A stretch of DNA of 64,000 nucleotides from Sedimentisphaerales bacterium (lineage in GTDB: Bacteria > Planctomycetota > Phycisphaerae > Sedimentisphaerales > Anaerobacaceae), in contig OY970194.1 in the NCBI GenBank assembly GCA_963708075.1, forward strand, positions 7,104,001-7,168,000, in the 5' to 3' direction. Position numbers and translations under genes: made by a program. The notes below the pieces were generated by a model that was not told the origin of the DNA, did not search any database, and saw only the letters and a program-made list of their open reading frames with translations. Below are positions 30,406 to 40,531 of the stretch, in pieces; positions within the stretch are counted from its first letter, which is position 1; each line of letters begins with the position of its first letter.

Positions 30406-30584
30406 AGAGTGTTCTAAAGGCTATCTCGTTCGGCTCACTGGCGTTGATGTTGGCCGCTGCGGTTCTGGTCTTCGTCGGCCGCATGGAGCGGACCAGTTAC
30501 TTCATTGTGGCGCTGGTCGGAACGGCCGGCTGGTTCGCGTCCGTTCCATTCTGGATGAAGCGAGGCTTGCATCAATCCGAGTAA
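30402..30584 (+). CDS. Small two-helix membrane protein (60 aa), translationally coupled to the permease
   Basis: ATGA overlap; MKSVLKAISFGSLALMLAAAVLVFVG...LVGTAGWFASVPFWM. Confidence 0.75.
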   Translation: MKSVLKAISFGSLALMLAAAVLVFVGRMERTSYFIVALVGTAGWFASVPFWMKRGLHQSE

Positions 30585-30609
30585 CTTCAAGCGAGTGTGA
30601 GGAAGTGGC

Positions 30610-33345
30610 ATGGAAAGCGGTGACCTGCGCGTCGTGCGTCTACGCTGTGAATACCTGGTCAACCCCTTGGGAATCGACGAGACGAGGCCTCGTCTGAGCT
30701 GGAATATCGAGTCGGATCGGCGCGGGGTGCGTCAGACCGCCTGGCGAGTGAGGGTGGCCACCTCGGCCGAGTATCTGGCCCGGGGCGAGGCTGACCTGTG
30801 GGACAGTGGCCGCGTGGAAGACGACCGCACGGTGCATATCGAGTACGACGGGGTCCCGCTGGTTTCGCGCACGGCCTGTCACTGGCAGGTGCAGATCTGG
30901 GATGAGCAGGGGGGGACCGCTGTATCCGAGCGAGCGTTTTGGACCATAGGATTGTTGGAGCCGAGTGATTGGCAGGCACAGTGGATCGCCGCCGATCCTG
31001 ACTATCTCGCTCGTGCCGGACATGCCATCAAGCCGACCCGGACGGAACCTGGAACGCCGCCGTGGCTACGCAAAGCCTTCACAATCGATGGCCCGGTGCA
31101 GCGGGCGACGCTCTATGCCAGTGCCCGCGGCCTGCTCGACCTGCACCTGAATGGCAGGGCTGTGAGTTGGGATGTGTTTGCGCCGGAGTGGACCGACTAC
31201 CGCAAACGGATTCACTACCGCACGTACGATGTCACGGGTCTCGTCCGGCCGGGCGCGAACACGCTCGGCACTGTGTTGGGCGACGGCTGGTACAGCGGCT
31301 ACGTCGGTTGGCAGGAGACACGCGGGCGCTACGGGCTGCAAAACAGCCTCCTGGTCAAGTTAGAAATCGAGTTGGAGGATGGCACACGCCAGATTGTGGC
31401 CACGGACAATTCCTGGCGATGTGCGGCCGGGCCCATCCTGTGCTCGGATTTCATGATGGGCGAGACATACGATGCCCGCCATGAGTTGACAGGCTGGGAT
31501 GAGCGGCAGTACGACGACAGCGGATGGTCTCCCGTTCTCGCGGTGGACCCGCCGGGTGTCCCCTTGGTGGCCCAGCGGTCCGAGCCGGTGCGCGTTATCG
31601 AAACCATCGACCCGGTCTCCGTAAGCGAGATCAGGCCGGGTGTCTTCATCTATGACCTGGGACAGAACATCAGCGGCTGGGTGCGTCTGCGCGTCAGGGG
31701 ACCGGCGGGCACGAAGGTGATGCTACGCCATGGGGAGAGGCTCAGTCCCGACGGCACGCTCTACACGGAGAACCTGCGCCGAGCCAAGGCAACGGATGTG
31801 TACGTCTTGCGGGGTCAGGGCGAGGAAGTCTGGGAGCCGCGATTTACATTTCACGGATTCCAGTACGTTGAGTTGACCGGGCTGCCCGGTGTGCCCGGGG
31901 AAGGTGCCGTCACGGGGTGTGTCGTTCGCTCAGCTACAGCAGCGGCAGGTCGATTCGAGTGCTCCCACCCGGGGATTAACCGGTTATGGCGCAATGCTCT
32001 CTGGAGCCAGAAGGGCAACTTCCTCAGCGTGCCCACCGACTGTCCGCAGCGCGACGAGCGTTTGGGCTGGATGGGCGACGCCCAGGTGTTCCTGCGTACG
32101 GCCACGTACAACATGGACGTGGCTGCTTTCTTCACCAAGTGGATGATGGACGTGGAGGACGCCCAGACGCACGACGGCATCTTCCCGGATACGGCCCCGC
32201 GTCTGCGCGAAGACGAGGACTTTGTCGGCTTGGACGGTCTTGGCGGAGCGGCAGGATGGGCCGACGCCGGTGTGATCGTTCCCTGGACGGTCTGGCGCGT
32301 ATACAACGACCGGCGAATCATTGAGCGGCACTACAACGCCATGGTCGCGTGGTTGGACTATATCGAGCGAGCCAACCCGGACGGCGTACGCAGAAACGAG
32401 CTGGGCAACAACTATGGGGACTGGCTGTGCATCCCCTCCGACACGACCTTTCGCACGCAATCGCCGATGAAGACCCTGCTGGCCACGGCCTACTGGGCCG
32501 ACGATGCCGCGAAGTTGTCGCGTATGGCGCAGGAGATCGGACGCAAGCAAGATGCCGGGCGTTTTCTGGCCATGTTCGAGCACGTGCGACAGGCATTTCA
32601 GAAAGAGTATCTCTCAGACAATGGCCGGCTGACCGTCGAGACGCAGACCGCCTACCTGCTTGCGTTGGCGTTCGACCTGTTGCCTGTGGAGGTAAGGCCG
32701 CTCGCGGCGGAGCACTTGGTAGAGAACATCAAGAGCTTAGACTGGCACCTGAGCACGGGATTCATCGGCATCAGCCACCTGAATCCCACCTTGACGGCCA
32801 TGCGGCGGCCCGATGTGGCTTGGCGTCTGCTGCTCAATGAGGACTATCCATCGTGGCTCTACCCGGTACGTTACGGCGCGACAACGATCTGGGAGCGTTG
32901 GAACGGATGGACCGAAGAAGACGGCTTCTTCAATCCGCAGATGAATTCGTTCAACCATTATTCCCTCGGGTCCGTCGGTGAGTGGTTGTATCGTTGTGTC
33001 GCCGGCATCGAGCTCGACCCGCAGGTCAACGCCTTCAAGCGGTTCCTGATCCGGCCCTATCCCGGCGGCGGATTGAAATATGCTCAGGCTGCATACCAGT
33101 CCATACACGGCACCATAGAGAGTCGTTGGGAGCGGCAGGGCGACGCCTTCACGCTGAGTGTCACAATTCCGGCCAGCACCCGCGCACGGGTCTATGTGTC
33201 ATGCGACAAAGCCACGCCTGTTCTGGAGGGCGGAAAACCTGCAGAAGAGGTCCCTGGGATAGAGCGCATCGGAATCGAGGGGCCGTTTGCCGTGTACGAC
33301 GTTCCTGCGGGGCGATATAGCTTCACAAGCACATACTCCGGCTGA
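30610..33345 (+). CDS. GH78 alpha-L-rhamnosidase, without an evident signal peptide
   Basis: LRCEYLVNPLGID..PRLSW, DLGQNISGW, FTFHGFQY, PTDCPQRDERLGWMGD, GATTIWERW and MNSFNHY motifs. Confidence 0.93.
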   Translation: MESGDLRVVRLRCEYLVNPLGIDETRPRLSWNIESDRRGVRQTAWRVRVATSAEYLARGEADLWDSGRVEDDRTVHIEYDGVPLVSRTACHWQVQIWDEQGGTAVSERAFWTIGLLEPSDWQAQWIAADPDYLARAGHAIKPTRTEPGTPPWLRKAFTIDGPVQRATLYASARGLLDLHLNGRAVSWDVFAPEWTDYRKRIHYRTYDVTGLVRPGANTLGTVLGDGWYSGYVGWQETRGRYGLQNSLLVKLEIELEDGTRQIVATDNSWRCAAGPILCSDFMMGETYDARHELTGWDERQYDDSGWSPVLAVDPPGVPLVAQRSEPVRVIETIDPVSVSEIRPGVFIYDLGQNISGWVRLRVRGPAGTKVMLRHGERLSPDGTLYTENLRRAKATDVYVLRGQGEEVWEPRFTFHGFQYVELTGLPGVPGEGAVTGCVVRSATAAAGRFECSHPGINRLWRNALWSQKGNFLSVPTDCPQRDERLGWMGDAQVFLRTATYNMDVAAFFTKWMMDVEDAQTHDGIFPDTAPRLREDEDFVGLDGLGGAAGWADAGVIVPWTVWRVYNDRRIIERHYNAMVAWLDYIERANPDGVRRNELGNNYGDWLCIPSDTTFRTQSPMKTLLATAYWADDAAKLSRMAQEIGRKQDAGRFLAMFEHVRQAFQKEYLSDNGRLTVETQTAYLLALAFDLLPVEVRPLAAEHLVENIKSLDWHLSTGFIGISHLNPTLTAMRRPDVAWRLLLNEDYPSWLYPVRYGATTIWERWNGWTEEDGFFNPQMNSFNHYSLGSVGEWLYRCVAGIELDPQVNAFKRFLIRPYPGGGLKYAQAAYQSIHGTIESRWERQGDAFTLSVTIPASTRARVYVSCDKATPVLEGGKPAEEVPGIERIGIEGPFAVYDVPAGRYSFTSTYSG

Positions 33346-33366
33346 CGGTGCTGTGGACGATACCAT

Positions 33367-35532
33367 CTACTTGTCGAGGTTAGCTACTTGCTGTCTGAAC
33401 AGCGCCAGTTCCTCGTCATATAAGGGCAACATCTGCTGCCAGTGGAAATAGTAGGGCTTGTCGTCCTTCCAGCCCCGGATGGGAATTCGCCGATGCCCCG
33501 TCTGGAGTGTGTTCGCGTACCGGTAGGTCTGGGCCGTGCATTCCGCGAGCGTTCGATAGACCTTCAGACTTTTCTCCAGGTGCACCATCGCCTTCTGCAT
33601 ATCCTCCTTGTCCCGGCTGTAGCCGTAACGCAACACCAGTATCGCCGCGCGGACTTTCTCCGCATAAGTCTGGCTCACAAGCTGAATGCAGTGCATGTCA
33701 TTGCGCAGCCGCTCGAACTCCTCCCGATTCTTCGTTACCAGCGGCGCCGCTTTCTCAATCGCCTCCACCGCCTGGGCGGCAAACCGTGATGCGTCCTCGA
33801 TCACCGACAACGGCGTTTCGCCCTCGTGTTTCTGGCCGGCCCATTCCTTTCTCGCATACTCCTGCAGCCGCTCTCCCGGAGGCGCCTGCCACTCCCACAA
33901 ACCGTTAAAGGGGCCGTACGGTTCAGGATTCACCAATTGGTCCAGGAACATCCCCAGCGAGAAGGTTTGGCGATTGCCCTCGGTGATCCCGAATCGCCGC
34001 AGCAGCATCGGTGCGCAGTTGCCGGAATCGTTGTAGGCTGACAAAATCAGCTCGGCCGCCTGCTCATTGCCAAAAGTCTCCGTGAGCCGCTCCACCCAGT
34101 ATCGATGATCGGCCTTCGGATCGCGATCCGGCTGCCACAAGTAGCGTGCCCACGCCTCGAACCAGATCCAGTCCCGCCGGTACTGCTTCTCATGTGGATT
34201 GACGTTGTCCGGCGTATTCGGCCAATCCCAATATGCCAGCGGATACAGGTGCAACCCCTGAGCGCCCAGCCGGTCCCGGCAGGCCAGCACGCTCTTGCGA
34301 ATGAACTCCGTGGCGCCATATCGGAACGGCTCCAGGTTCGACAGCAGATGAACGTTGACCACGTGGGTAGAGCCCGATCGGCTCAGGTCCAGGTGCACCT
34401 GCTGTCCCTGGCCGCGCGGCTCATATGTGGTCAGCGACTCCCCGTTGTACTTGGCCATGGTATAGAGATTCTTGTAGTGCTTCAGCGCCGATTCCATCAA
34501 GGCCTTGGGGTCCGACACCGAGTGCGCCCGCACGACGATGGGCGGCTCTTCGGTCATTCCGAGCCGCTTCATCGCATCCTTCACGCCTTCGATCACCGTT
34601 TCATTCATCCACTTCTCCTGGTTCTCCTGGCCAACCAGGGCTTCCCCCAGGCAAACCAGCAGCCCGACGTTCGGATATGTCTCCATGAACTTCGCAATCG
34701 ACTTGCGGTTGTAGTCCGAAACCAACTCCGTCGGCGCGGCATGCTGTGTCTCAATCCCGTGATGCTCAGCAAAGGGCTTGGACACGAAGATGTTGTAGAA
34801 CATCTGGACCACCCAGATTCCTCGCTTACCCGCCTCCTCCGTCAGAAAGCGGTACATCTGGACGTTGCGCTGATACACTTCCTCGGACACTTCCAGGGCG
34901 TACGGATATTCCTCCAGCTTCACCAGTGACGCGAACGGATGTCCATTCCACAGGTACAGCGTGTTGAACCGATTCTCGACGAGGAAGTCAAGGTACTCGA
35001 TCCACTGGGCCTTATCATAGAAGAACGGGAAGTTCTCCGGCGTGTACGGATACTCGTAGGTGTCTCGGCCGGGCAGAATCGACGTCAACTGCATGGCGAC
35101 ACAAGGCCCGCGCAGGTGGAATGCGGGACCGTCCGTCACGTCCAATTCGGCCGGCAGTCTCCCGGCGGCGATCACACGCCGAGATAGCTCCAGGCATCCA
35201 TAGAGCGCCCCCGAATCTCCAAAACCCGTCACCTGATAAGAGCCATCTGCTTCGCGCAGCAACTGGAAGCCCTCCGCAGTGGTCAACCGATTCCGGATCT
35301 CCCGGGCCACAGTCACTGTAATAAGCGGCAAGACCGATTCAGACTCAGCCTTCATCATCGGTTCATAACCCACACGCTGGAGGGCACCGCTCAGACGTTC
35401 CGCCCCGAACTTCACCCTGGCCGATGCGTCGCTGTCCAGATGGATTCCAACCCGTCCGGAGGCGGCTATTGTTATATCGGGACCCATCCCCAACCACAGG
35501 ATCGTCAGCCATACAGAAAGTGCTTTTCTCAT
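33367..35532 (-). CDS. GH138-like alpha-D-galacturonidase, secreted
   Basis: YEYPYTPENFPFFYDK, LYLWNGHPFASLVKL, GLLVCLGEA, NVHLLSNLEPFRYG and RFGITEGNRQT resemble the Bacteroides GH138 RG-II enzyme as I recall it. Confidence 0.75.
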   Translation of the reverse strand: MRKALSVWLTILWLGMGPDITIAASGRVGIHLDSDASARVKFGAERLSGALQRVGYEPMMKAESESVLPLITVTVAREIRNRLTTAEGFQLLREADGSYQVTGFGDSGALYGCLELSRRVIAAGRLPAELDVTDGPAFHLRGPCVAMQLTSILPGRDTYEYPYTPENFPFFYDKAQWIEYLDFLVENRFNTLYLWNGHPFASLVKLEEYPYALEVSEEVYQRNVQMYRFLTEEAGKRGIWVVQMFYNIFVSKPFAEHHGIETQHAAPTELVSDYNRKSIAKFMETYPNVGLLVCLGEALVGQENQEKWMNETVIEGVKDAMKRLGMTEEPPIVVRAHSVSDPKALMESALKHYKNLYTMAKYNGESLTTYEPRGQGQQVHLDLSRSGSTHVVNVHLLSNLEPFRYGATEFIRKSVLACRDRLGAQGLHLYPLAYWDWPNTPDNVNPHEKQYRRDWIWFEAWARYLWQPDRDPKADHRYWVERLTETFGNEQAAELILSAYNDSGNCAPMLLRRFGITEGNRQTFSLGMFLDQLVNPEPYGPFNGLWEWQAPPGERLQEYARKEWAGQKHEGETPLSVIEDASRFAAQAVEAIEKAAPLVTKNREEFERLRNDMHCIQLVSQTYAEKVRAAILVLRYGYSRDKEDMQKAMVHLEKSLKVYRTLAECTAQTYRYANTLQTGHRRIPIRGWKDDKPYYFHWQQMLPLYDEELALFRQQVANLDK

Positions 35533-35551
35533 TCAGCAGCCCTTTTTCTTT

Positions 35552-35580
35552 GTTATAACACGACAGAGTGTGAGACTCAA
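35552..35580 (-). promoter_or_regulatory. Putative promoter of the GH138-like gene; the -10 lies within the palindrome TGTTATAACA
   Basis: Minus strand reads TTGAGT-17 nt-TATAAC with an extended TGn. Confidence 0.45.
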
Positions 35581-35633
35581 CAGAAGAGGACATAAAGGGT
35601 ATGCGGCGGGGAGGGGCATGGCTCTGTGACCCA

Positions 35634-35661
35634 TTGACGAGAATCCGAGGTGCGTTATGAT
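35634..35661 (+). promoter_or_regulatory. Putative sigma70 promoter of the GH137/DUF6298 operon
   Basis: TTGACG-16 nt-TATGAT. Confidence 0.55.
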
Positions 35662-35703
35662 GTGCATATGCCGGAAAGCCACGGGACCACAGGAGTTCTA
35701 TCG

Positions 35704-37329
35704 ATGAATCCGATTGGTTTCAGATTCCTTCTTGTCGCCTGTTCTATCATCAGTGCGGCCAGTGCGTCCGACATTCCGCCGGAGCGGATGCGGGCCATCT
35801 ATGAGGAGGTGAAGACGCCGTACAAGTACGGCATTGTCATTCCCGCGCCCGAGGGCAAGAAGGTGGATTGTCCGACGGTCTTCCGGCACGAGGACCGCTG
35901 GTACATGGTCTATGTCCAGCTCGAGAACGAACCTCAGGGGTACACGACGCAGGTGGCCGTGAGCGACGACCTGCTGCGCTGGCAGGCTAAGGGCACAATC
36001 CTTGCTCGCGGCGACGGGGACGCTTGGGACAAAGCCAACGCCGCCGGCGGCATCGCACTTGCCGATACGCGGTGGGGTGGCGACGGGACTCTCGGTACTC
36101 ACGAGGGACGCTACTGGGTGTCATACTTAGGGGGCGCGAAGCCCGGCTATGAGACGCCGCCGCTGTCTATCGGCATGGCCTCGACGCTCGATCCCACGTC
36201 TGTGACCGGGTGGGAGAGATTGCCTGCGCCGATTCTGCGGCCGGGCGACAAGGACGCGCGTCCCTTTGAGACCGACACGCTCTTCAAGAGTTTCATCTTT
36301 CGCGACGCCACGGCTGCACTTGGGGCGCCTTTCGTCATGTACTACAACGCTCGCCCGCCGCGCGGCGATGAGGCCATCGGCATCGCCGTCTCTCAGGATC
36401 TGCGAACATGGCGGCGCTACGGCGATGAGCCGGTCATCGTGAATCCGCGACCGCCGGGGTTGAAGCATGGCGTTATCAGCGGGGATCCGCAGGTTGTGCG
36501 CATAGGTGACCTGTGGGTCATGTTCTATTTCGGGGCGTTCTGGAAGCCCAAGGCCTTTGACACCTTCGCAGCTTCTCCCGACCTTGTTCACTGGACCCGC
36601 TGGGACGGACCTCACCTGATCGAGCCTTCCGAGCCCTGGGATAACGAGTTTGCCCACAAGCCGTGGGTTCTCAAGCACGGTGGCGTCGTTTATCATTTCT
36701 ACTGCGCGGTCGGCAATCAGGGACGGGCCATCGCGCTGGCCACTTCCCGCCCCATGAGAGAGGCCGGGACTGTCGGCCCGATGTCTGCAAGCGATCCGGA
36801 CGCGGACTACACTCGCGTTATCACGGGGCGTGCCGACAATATCGTGAAAGCCCTGGAAATTGCAGATGCCGACAAGAAGGCCAGGATCCGGGATATCATT
36901 GTGCAGCAGTATCGCGACCTGAATGTCATTCACACCCAGCGCGATAAAGAGATCGAGGCTGCAAAGACTGCGATGGATAAGGCATCCGCCGAGGCCCGTG
37001 TAAAGAGTATCCGGGAACAGGCGGATTCGCGCGTCAAGCAACTGCACCAGAGTTACCTCGCTAAGCTCTCGGCAGAACTGACGCCCGCGCAGGTGGACCA
37101 AGTCAAGGATGGCATGACGTATGGAACTCTCCCCGTGACCTACCGTGCGTACCTGGCGCAGGTCCCGGAGCTGACGGACGCCCAGAAGCAGCAGATCATG
37201 ACGTATCTGGTGGAGGCACGCGAACTGGCGATGGATGGGGGGACCTCCGAGGAAAAGCACGCGGTGTTTCGCAAATACAAGGGCAAGATCAACAACTACC
37301 TCTCTGCACAGGGGTACAAGCTGAAATAG
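35704..37329 (+). CDS. GH137-like beta-L-arabinofuranosidase (5-bladed propeller) fused to a C-terminal DUF3826 domain
   Basis: IYEEVKTPYKYG, VDCPTVFR, ISGDPQ, FAHKP and VYHFYCAV; then YTRVITGRAD.IV...VKDGMTYG...EARELAMD...FRKYKGKINNYL. Confidence 0.75.
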   Translation: MNPIGFRFLLVACSIISAASASDIPPERMRAIYEEVKTPYKYGIVIPAPEGKKVDCPTVFRHEDRWYMVYVQLENEPQGYTTQVAVSDDLLRWQAKGTILARGDGDAWDKANAAGGIALADTRWGGDGTLGTHEGRYWVSYLGGAKPGYETPPLSIGMASTLDPTSVTGWERLPAPILRPGDKDARPFETDTLFKSFIFRDATAALGAPFVMYYNARPPRGDEAIGIAVSQDLRTWRRYGDEPVIVNPRPPGLKHGVISGDPQVVRIGDLWVMFYFGAFWKPKAFDTFAASPDLVHWTRWDGPHLIEPSEPWDNEFAHKPWVLKHGGVVYHFYCAVGNQGRAIALATSRPMREAGTVGPMSASDPDADYTRVITGRADNIVKALEIADADKKARIRDIIVQQYRDLNVIHTQRDKEIEAAKTAMDKASAEARVKSIREQADSRVKQLHQSYLAKLSAELTPAQVDQVKDGMTYGTLPVTYRAYLAQVPELTDAQKQQIMTYLVEARELAMDGGTSEEKHAVFRKYKGKINNYLSAQGYKLK

Positions 37330-37336
37330 GTGGGCG

Positions 37337-40300
37337 ATGCGGAGTAGTCCTTATGGCTGGCGGTCTGTACATCCATTCCACATGGGTGTATTGGCTTGCC
37401 TTACCGGCCTGATCGGATTGGCGGACCTTCATGCGGCCTGGGACCCTCGGACCAGGCCGCCCGTGTCTCAGGGACGTGACCGGCGGTTGGTGTATTCGGC
37501 CGATGAGCGGGGCAATCGCATCCCGGATTTCTCCTATTGCGGGTACATGGCGGCGGAGCGGCCGATTCCCGATGTGCCGATTCGCGTCGTAGTCCCCGTG
37601 CTTCCGGGCGACGCCACACAGCGCATTCAAAAGGCCCTGGACTATGTGGCGTCCCTGCCGGCGGATGCCAATGGCATCCGCGGCGCGGTGCTGCTGCAAG
37701 AAGGTATGTACGATGTGTCCGGGAGCCTGAAGATCGCCGCCGGCGGCGTCGTCCTGCGAGGCAGCGGCATGGGGCAGGGGGGCACGGTGCTGCTCGGCAC
37801 GGGGCAATGCCGCGACACGCTCATCTGCATAAAGGGCAGAAATGACAGGAAGACCGGGGCTCCGGCGCGCGTCACCGATTCGTTTGTGCCGGTCAACGCA
37901 AGTACTGTGCGGGTGGATGCGTCACATTCATTTCGTCCAGGGGACCAGATTCTGGTGCACCGACCCAGCACGAAGGAATGGATCCAGACGCTGGGCACGG
38001 AGCACTTCGGTGGCGGCATCACGTACCTGGGATGGAAGCCCGGCAGCCGTGATTTGTATTGGGATCGGACAGTAGCGTCCGTCGAGGGTGACCGGATCAC
38101 TCTGGATGCTCCATTGACCACGGCCCTGGATGCGGCTTATGGGGGAGGCAGCGTCGCAGCCTACCAGTGGCCCGGGCGCATCACGCAGGTGGGAATTGAG
38201 AATCTCTGCTGTCGATCAACTTTTGATGAGGGTAATCCCAAGGACGAAGCTCACCGCTGGATGGCTGTGACCTTGGAAAACGTGAGTGACGCCTGGGTGC
38301 GACAGGTGGTGTTCGAGCACTTTGTCGGCTCTGCGGTCGCTGTTCTGGAAACCGCCAGGCGTGTCACCGTGGAAGACTGCAAGTCATTAGCCCCAGTGTC
38401 CGAGATTGGCGGCCAGCGACGCAATACCTTCTGGACGATGGGGCAGCAGATCCTCTTTCAGCGTTTGTACGCGGAACATGGCTATCATGATTTCGCTGTC
38501 GGTTTCTGTGCGGCCGGTCCGAACGCCTTTGTGCAGTGCGAGTCGAGCCGGCCCTTCAACTTCAGCGGCGGCATCGACAGTTGGGCCTCGGGCGTGCTGT
38601 TCGACATCGTGAATATCGACGGCCACGCTCTCAGCCTGTTCAACCGTTCGCAAGATGCCCAGGGCGCCGGCTGGAACGCCGCGAATAGCGTTCTGTGGCA
38701 GTGCTCTGCCTCGCGGATTGACTGCTACTCGCCGCCTGCCGCCTGCAACTGGGCCTTCGGTTCCTGGGCCGAGTTTGCGGGCAATGGGTACTGGGAGGAA
38801 TCGAACAGTCACATACAGCCTCGGAGCCTGTATTACGCTCAGCTCCAGGACCGTCTGGGCGAGCGGACTCGCTCTCGCGTGCATCTGCTGCCGGTGAGCA
38901 CCGAGGCCTCCAGCAGTCCCCGCCCGGAGCAGGCCGCGGCCCTGACGGCGCAGTCCCGTACTCCACCCCTGTTACTCTGCGACTGGATCGATCAGGCGGC
39001 CCAACGACAACTCATCCCTACGTCTCATGCGGATATCAAGACCATCGACCAGATCGGATACCAGGAGCGGCCTGTCTCCAGGCAAGCCAACCGGGGTATG
39101 CACATCGAGAACGGCTGGCTTGTCTACGGCAACGCTGTCGTGACGGGCAAACGGCAGGGCGTGCAGTGGTGGAGCGGAGGCGTCCGGCCGCTCGACGTCG
39201 CGAAGGCGGCACCCCATGTCACTCGTTTTGTGCCGGGCCGCAGCGGTACCGGACTGACAGATGATCTGGGCGAAGTGACCGACGGGATGCGGGAACGCGG
39301 GCAGGTGGCGCTGGAGCATAACTACGGGCTATGGTATGAGCGGCGACGCGACGATCACGAGCGTGTGCGCCGGATGGATGGCGACGTGTGGCCGCCATTC
39401 TATGAATTGCCTTTTGCGCGGAGCGGGCAGGGCACAGCCTTCGACGGACTGAGCCGATATGATTTGACGAAGTACAACCCCTGGTACTGGATGCGCCTGA
39501 GACAATTCGCCGATCTGGCGGACCAGAAGGGGCTGGTGCTCATCCACCAGAATTACTTCCAGCACAATATCATCGAGGCGGGGGCCCATTGGACGGATTT
39601 CCCCTGGCGTCCGGCGAACAACGTCAACGACACGGGATTTCCGGAGCCTCCGCCTTATGCCGGGGACAAACGGATCTTCCTGGCGGAGCAGTTCTATGGT
39701 GTCAACCATCCGGTTCGGCGGCCGCTGCATCGGGCATACATACGCCAGTGCCTGAACAACTTCGCGGATAACAGCGGCGTCATTCAATTCATCGGGGCTG
39801 AGTACACGGGGCCGCTGCACTTCGTGCAGTTCTGGATCGATACTATCGCCGAATGGGAACAGGAGACCGGCAAACATGCCATCGTGGGACTGAGTGTCAC
39901 CAGGGACGTGCAGGATGCCATCCTGGCTGACCCGGTCCGTTCATCCGTAGTGGACGTCGTGGATATCCGCGCCTGGCACTATCGCAGCGACGGGAGCCTG
40001 TACAGCCCTGCAGGCGGACAGAGTCTGGCGCCGCGTCAGCACGCCCGGCTGGTCCCGCCCGGCAAGACCTCGCTTGAGCACGTATACCGGGCGGTTCGCG
40101 AATATCGACAACGCTATCCGGACAAAGCCATCATGTTCTCCGCGGACTTGAGCGACAATCTGGCCTGGGCGGTGTTCATGGCGGGAGGATCATTGGCCGG
40201 GATTCCCAGGATAGCAGCGGGTGGACTCCTTGCATCTGCCACGTCCATGCGCCCCGTGGACTTGCCGGGCAACCCTGCCGAGCAGTGGGCCCTGGGCAAT

Positions 40301-40510
40301 GCGAAAAAGGAATTCATTGTCTATAGTCGTTTACCCAATCCCATAACGCTGGATGCGAATATGACAGCAGGCTTGGCGACGGCACGCTGGATTGATCCCA
40401 GAGATGGCTCGCTGCTGGGGGAACAGAGGCTTGATCCGGGTACCGGGAGTACAGAGCTGAAAAGCCCGACATCCGGCCCGGTGGTGGTGTGGCTGACACA
40501 GTCGCAGTGA
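37337..40510 (+). CDS. Beta-helix (pectate lyase-like) + DUF6298 domain protein
   Basis: GNRIPDFSYCGY, GVVLRGSG, KDEAHRW, HNYGLWYERRRDDHER and FQHNIIEAGAHW motifs. Confidence 0.75.
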   Translation: MRSSPYGWRSVHPFHMGVLACLTGLIGLADLHAAWDPRTRPPVSQGRDRRLVYSADERGNRIPDFSYCGYMAAERPIPDVPIRVVVPVLPGDATQRIQKALDYVASLPADANGIRGAVLLQEGMYDVSGSLKIAAGGVVLRGSGMGQGGTVLLGTGQCRDTLICIKGRNDRKTGAPARVTDSFVPVNASTVRVDASHSFRPGDQILVHRPSTKEWIQTLGTEHFGGGITYLGWKPGSRDLYWDRTVASVEGDRITLDAPLTTALDAAYGGGSVAAYQWPGRITQVGIENLCCRSTFDEGNPKDEAHRWMAVTLENVSDAWVRQVVFEHFVGSAVAVLETARRVTVEDCKSLAPVSEIGGQRRNTFWTMGQQILFQRLYAEHGYHDFAVGFCAAGPNAFVQCESSRPFNFSGGIDSWASGVLFDIVNIDGHALSLFNRSQDAQGAGWNAANSVLWQCSASRIDCYSPPAACNWAFGSWAEFAGNGYWEESNSHIQPRSLYYAQLQDRLGERTRSRVHLLPVSTEASSSPRPEQAAALTAQSRTPPLLLCDWIDQAAQRQLIPTSHADIKTIDQIGYQERPVSRQANRGMHIENGWLVYGNAVVTGKRQGVQWWSGGVRPLDVAKAAPHVTRFVPGRSGTGLTDDLGEVTDGMRERGQVALEHNYGLWYERRRDDHERVRRMDGDVWPPFYELPFARSGQGTAFDGLSRYDLTKYNPWYWMRLRQFADLADQKGLVLIHQNYFQHNIIEAGAHWTDFPWRPANNVNDTGFPEPPPYAGDKRIFLAEQFYGVNHPVRRPLHRAYIRQCLNNFADNSGVIQFIGAEYTGPLHFVQFWIDTIAEWEQETGKHAIVGLSVTRDVQDAILADPVRSSVVDVVDIRAWHYRSDGSLYSPAGGQSLAPRQHARLVPPGKTSLEHVYRAVREYRQRYPDKAIMFSADLSDNLAWAVFMAGGSLAGIPRIAAGGLLASATSMRPVDLPGNPAEQWALGNAKKEFIVYSRLPNPITLDANMTAGLATARWIDPRDGSLLGEQRLDPGTGSTELKSPTSGPVVVWLTQSQ

Positions 40511-40531
40511 TTACGAATGATGGAGGATGGC

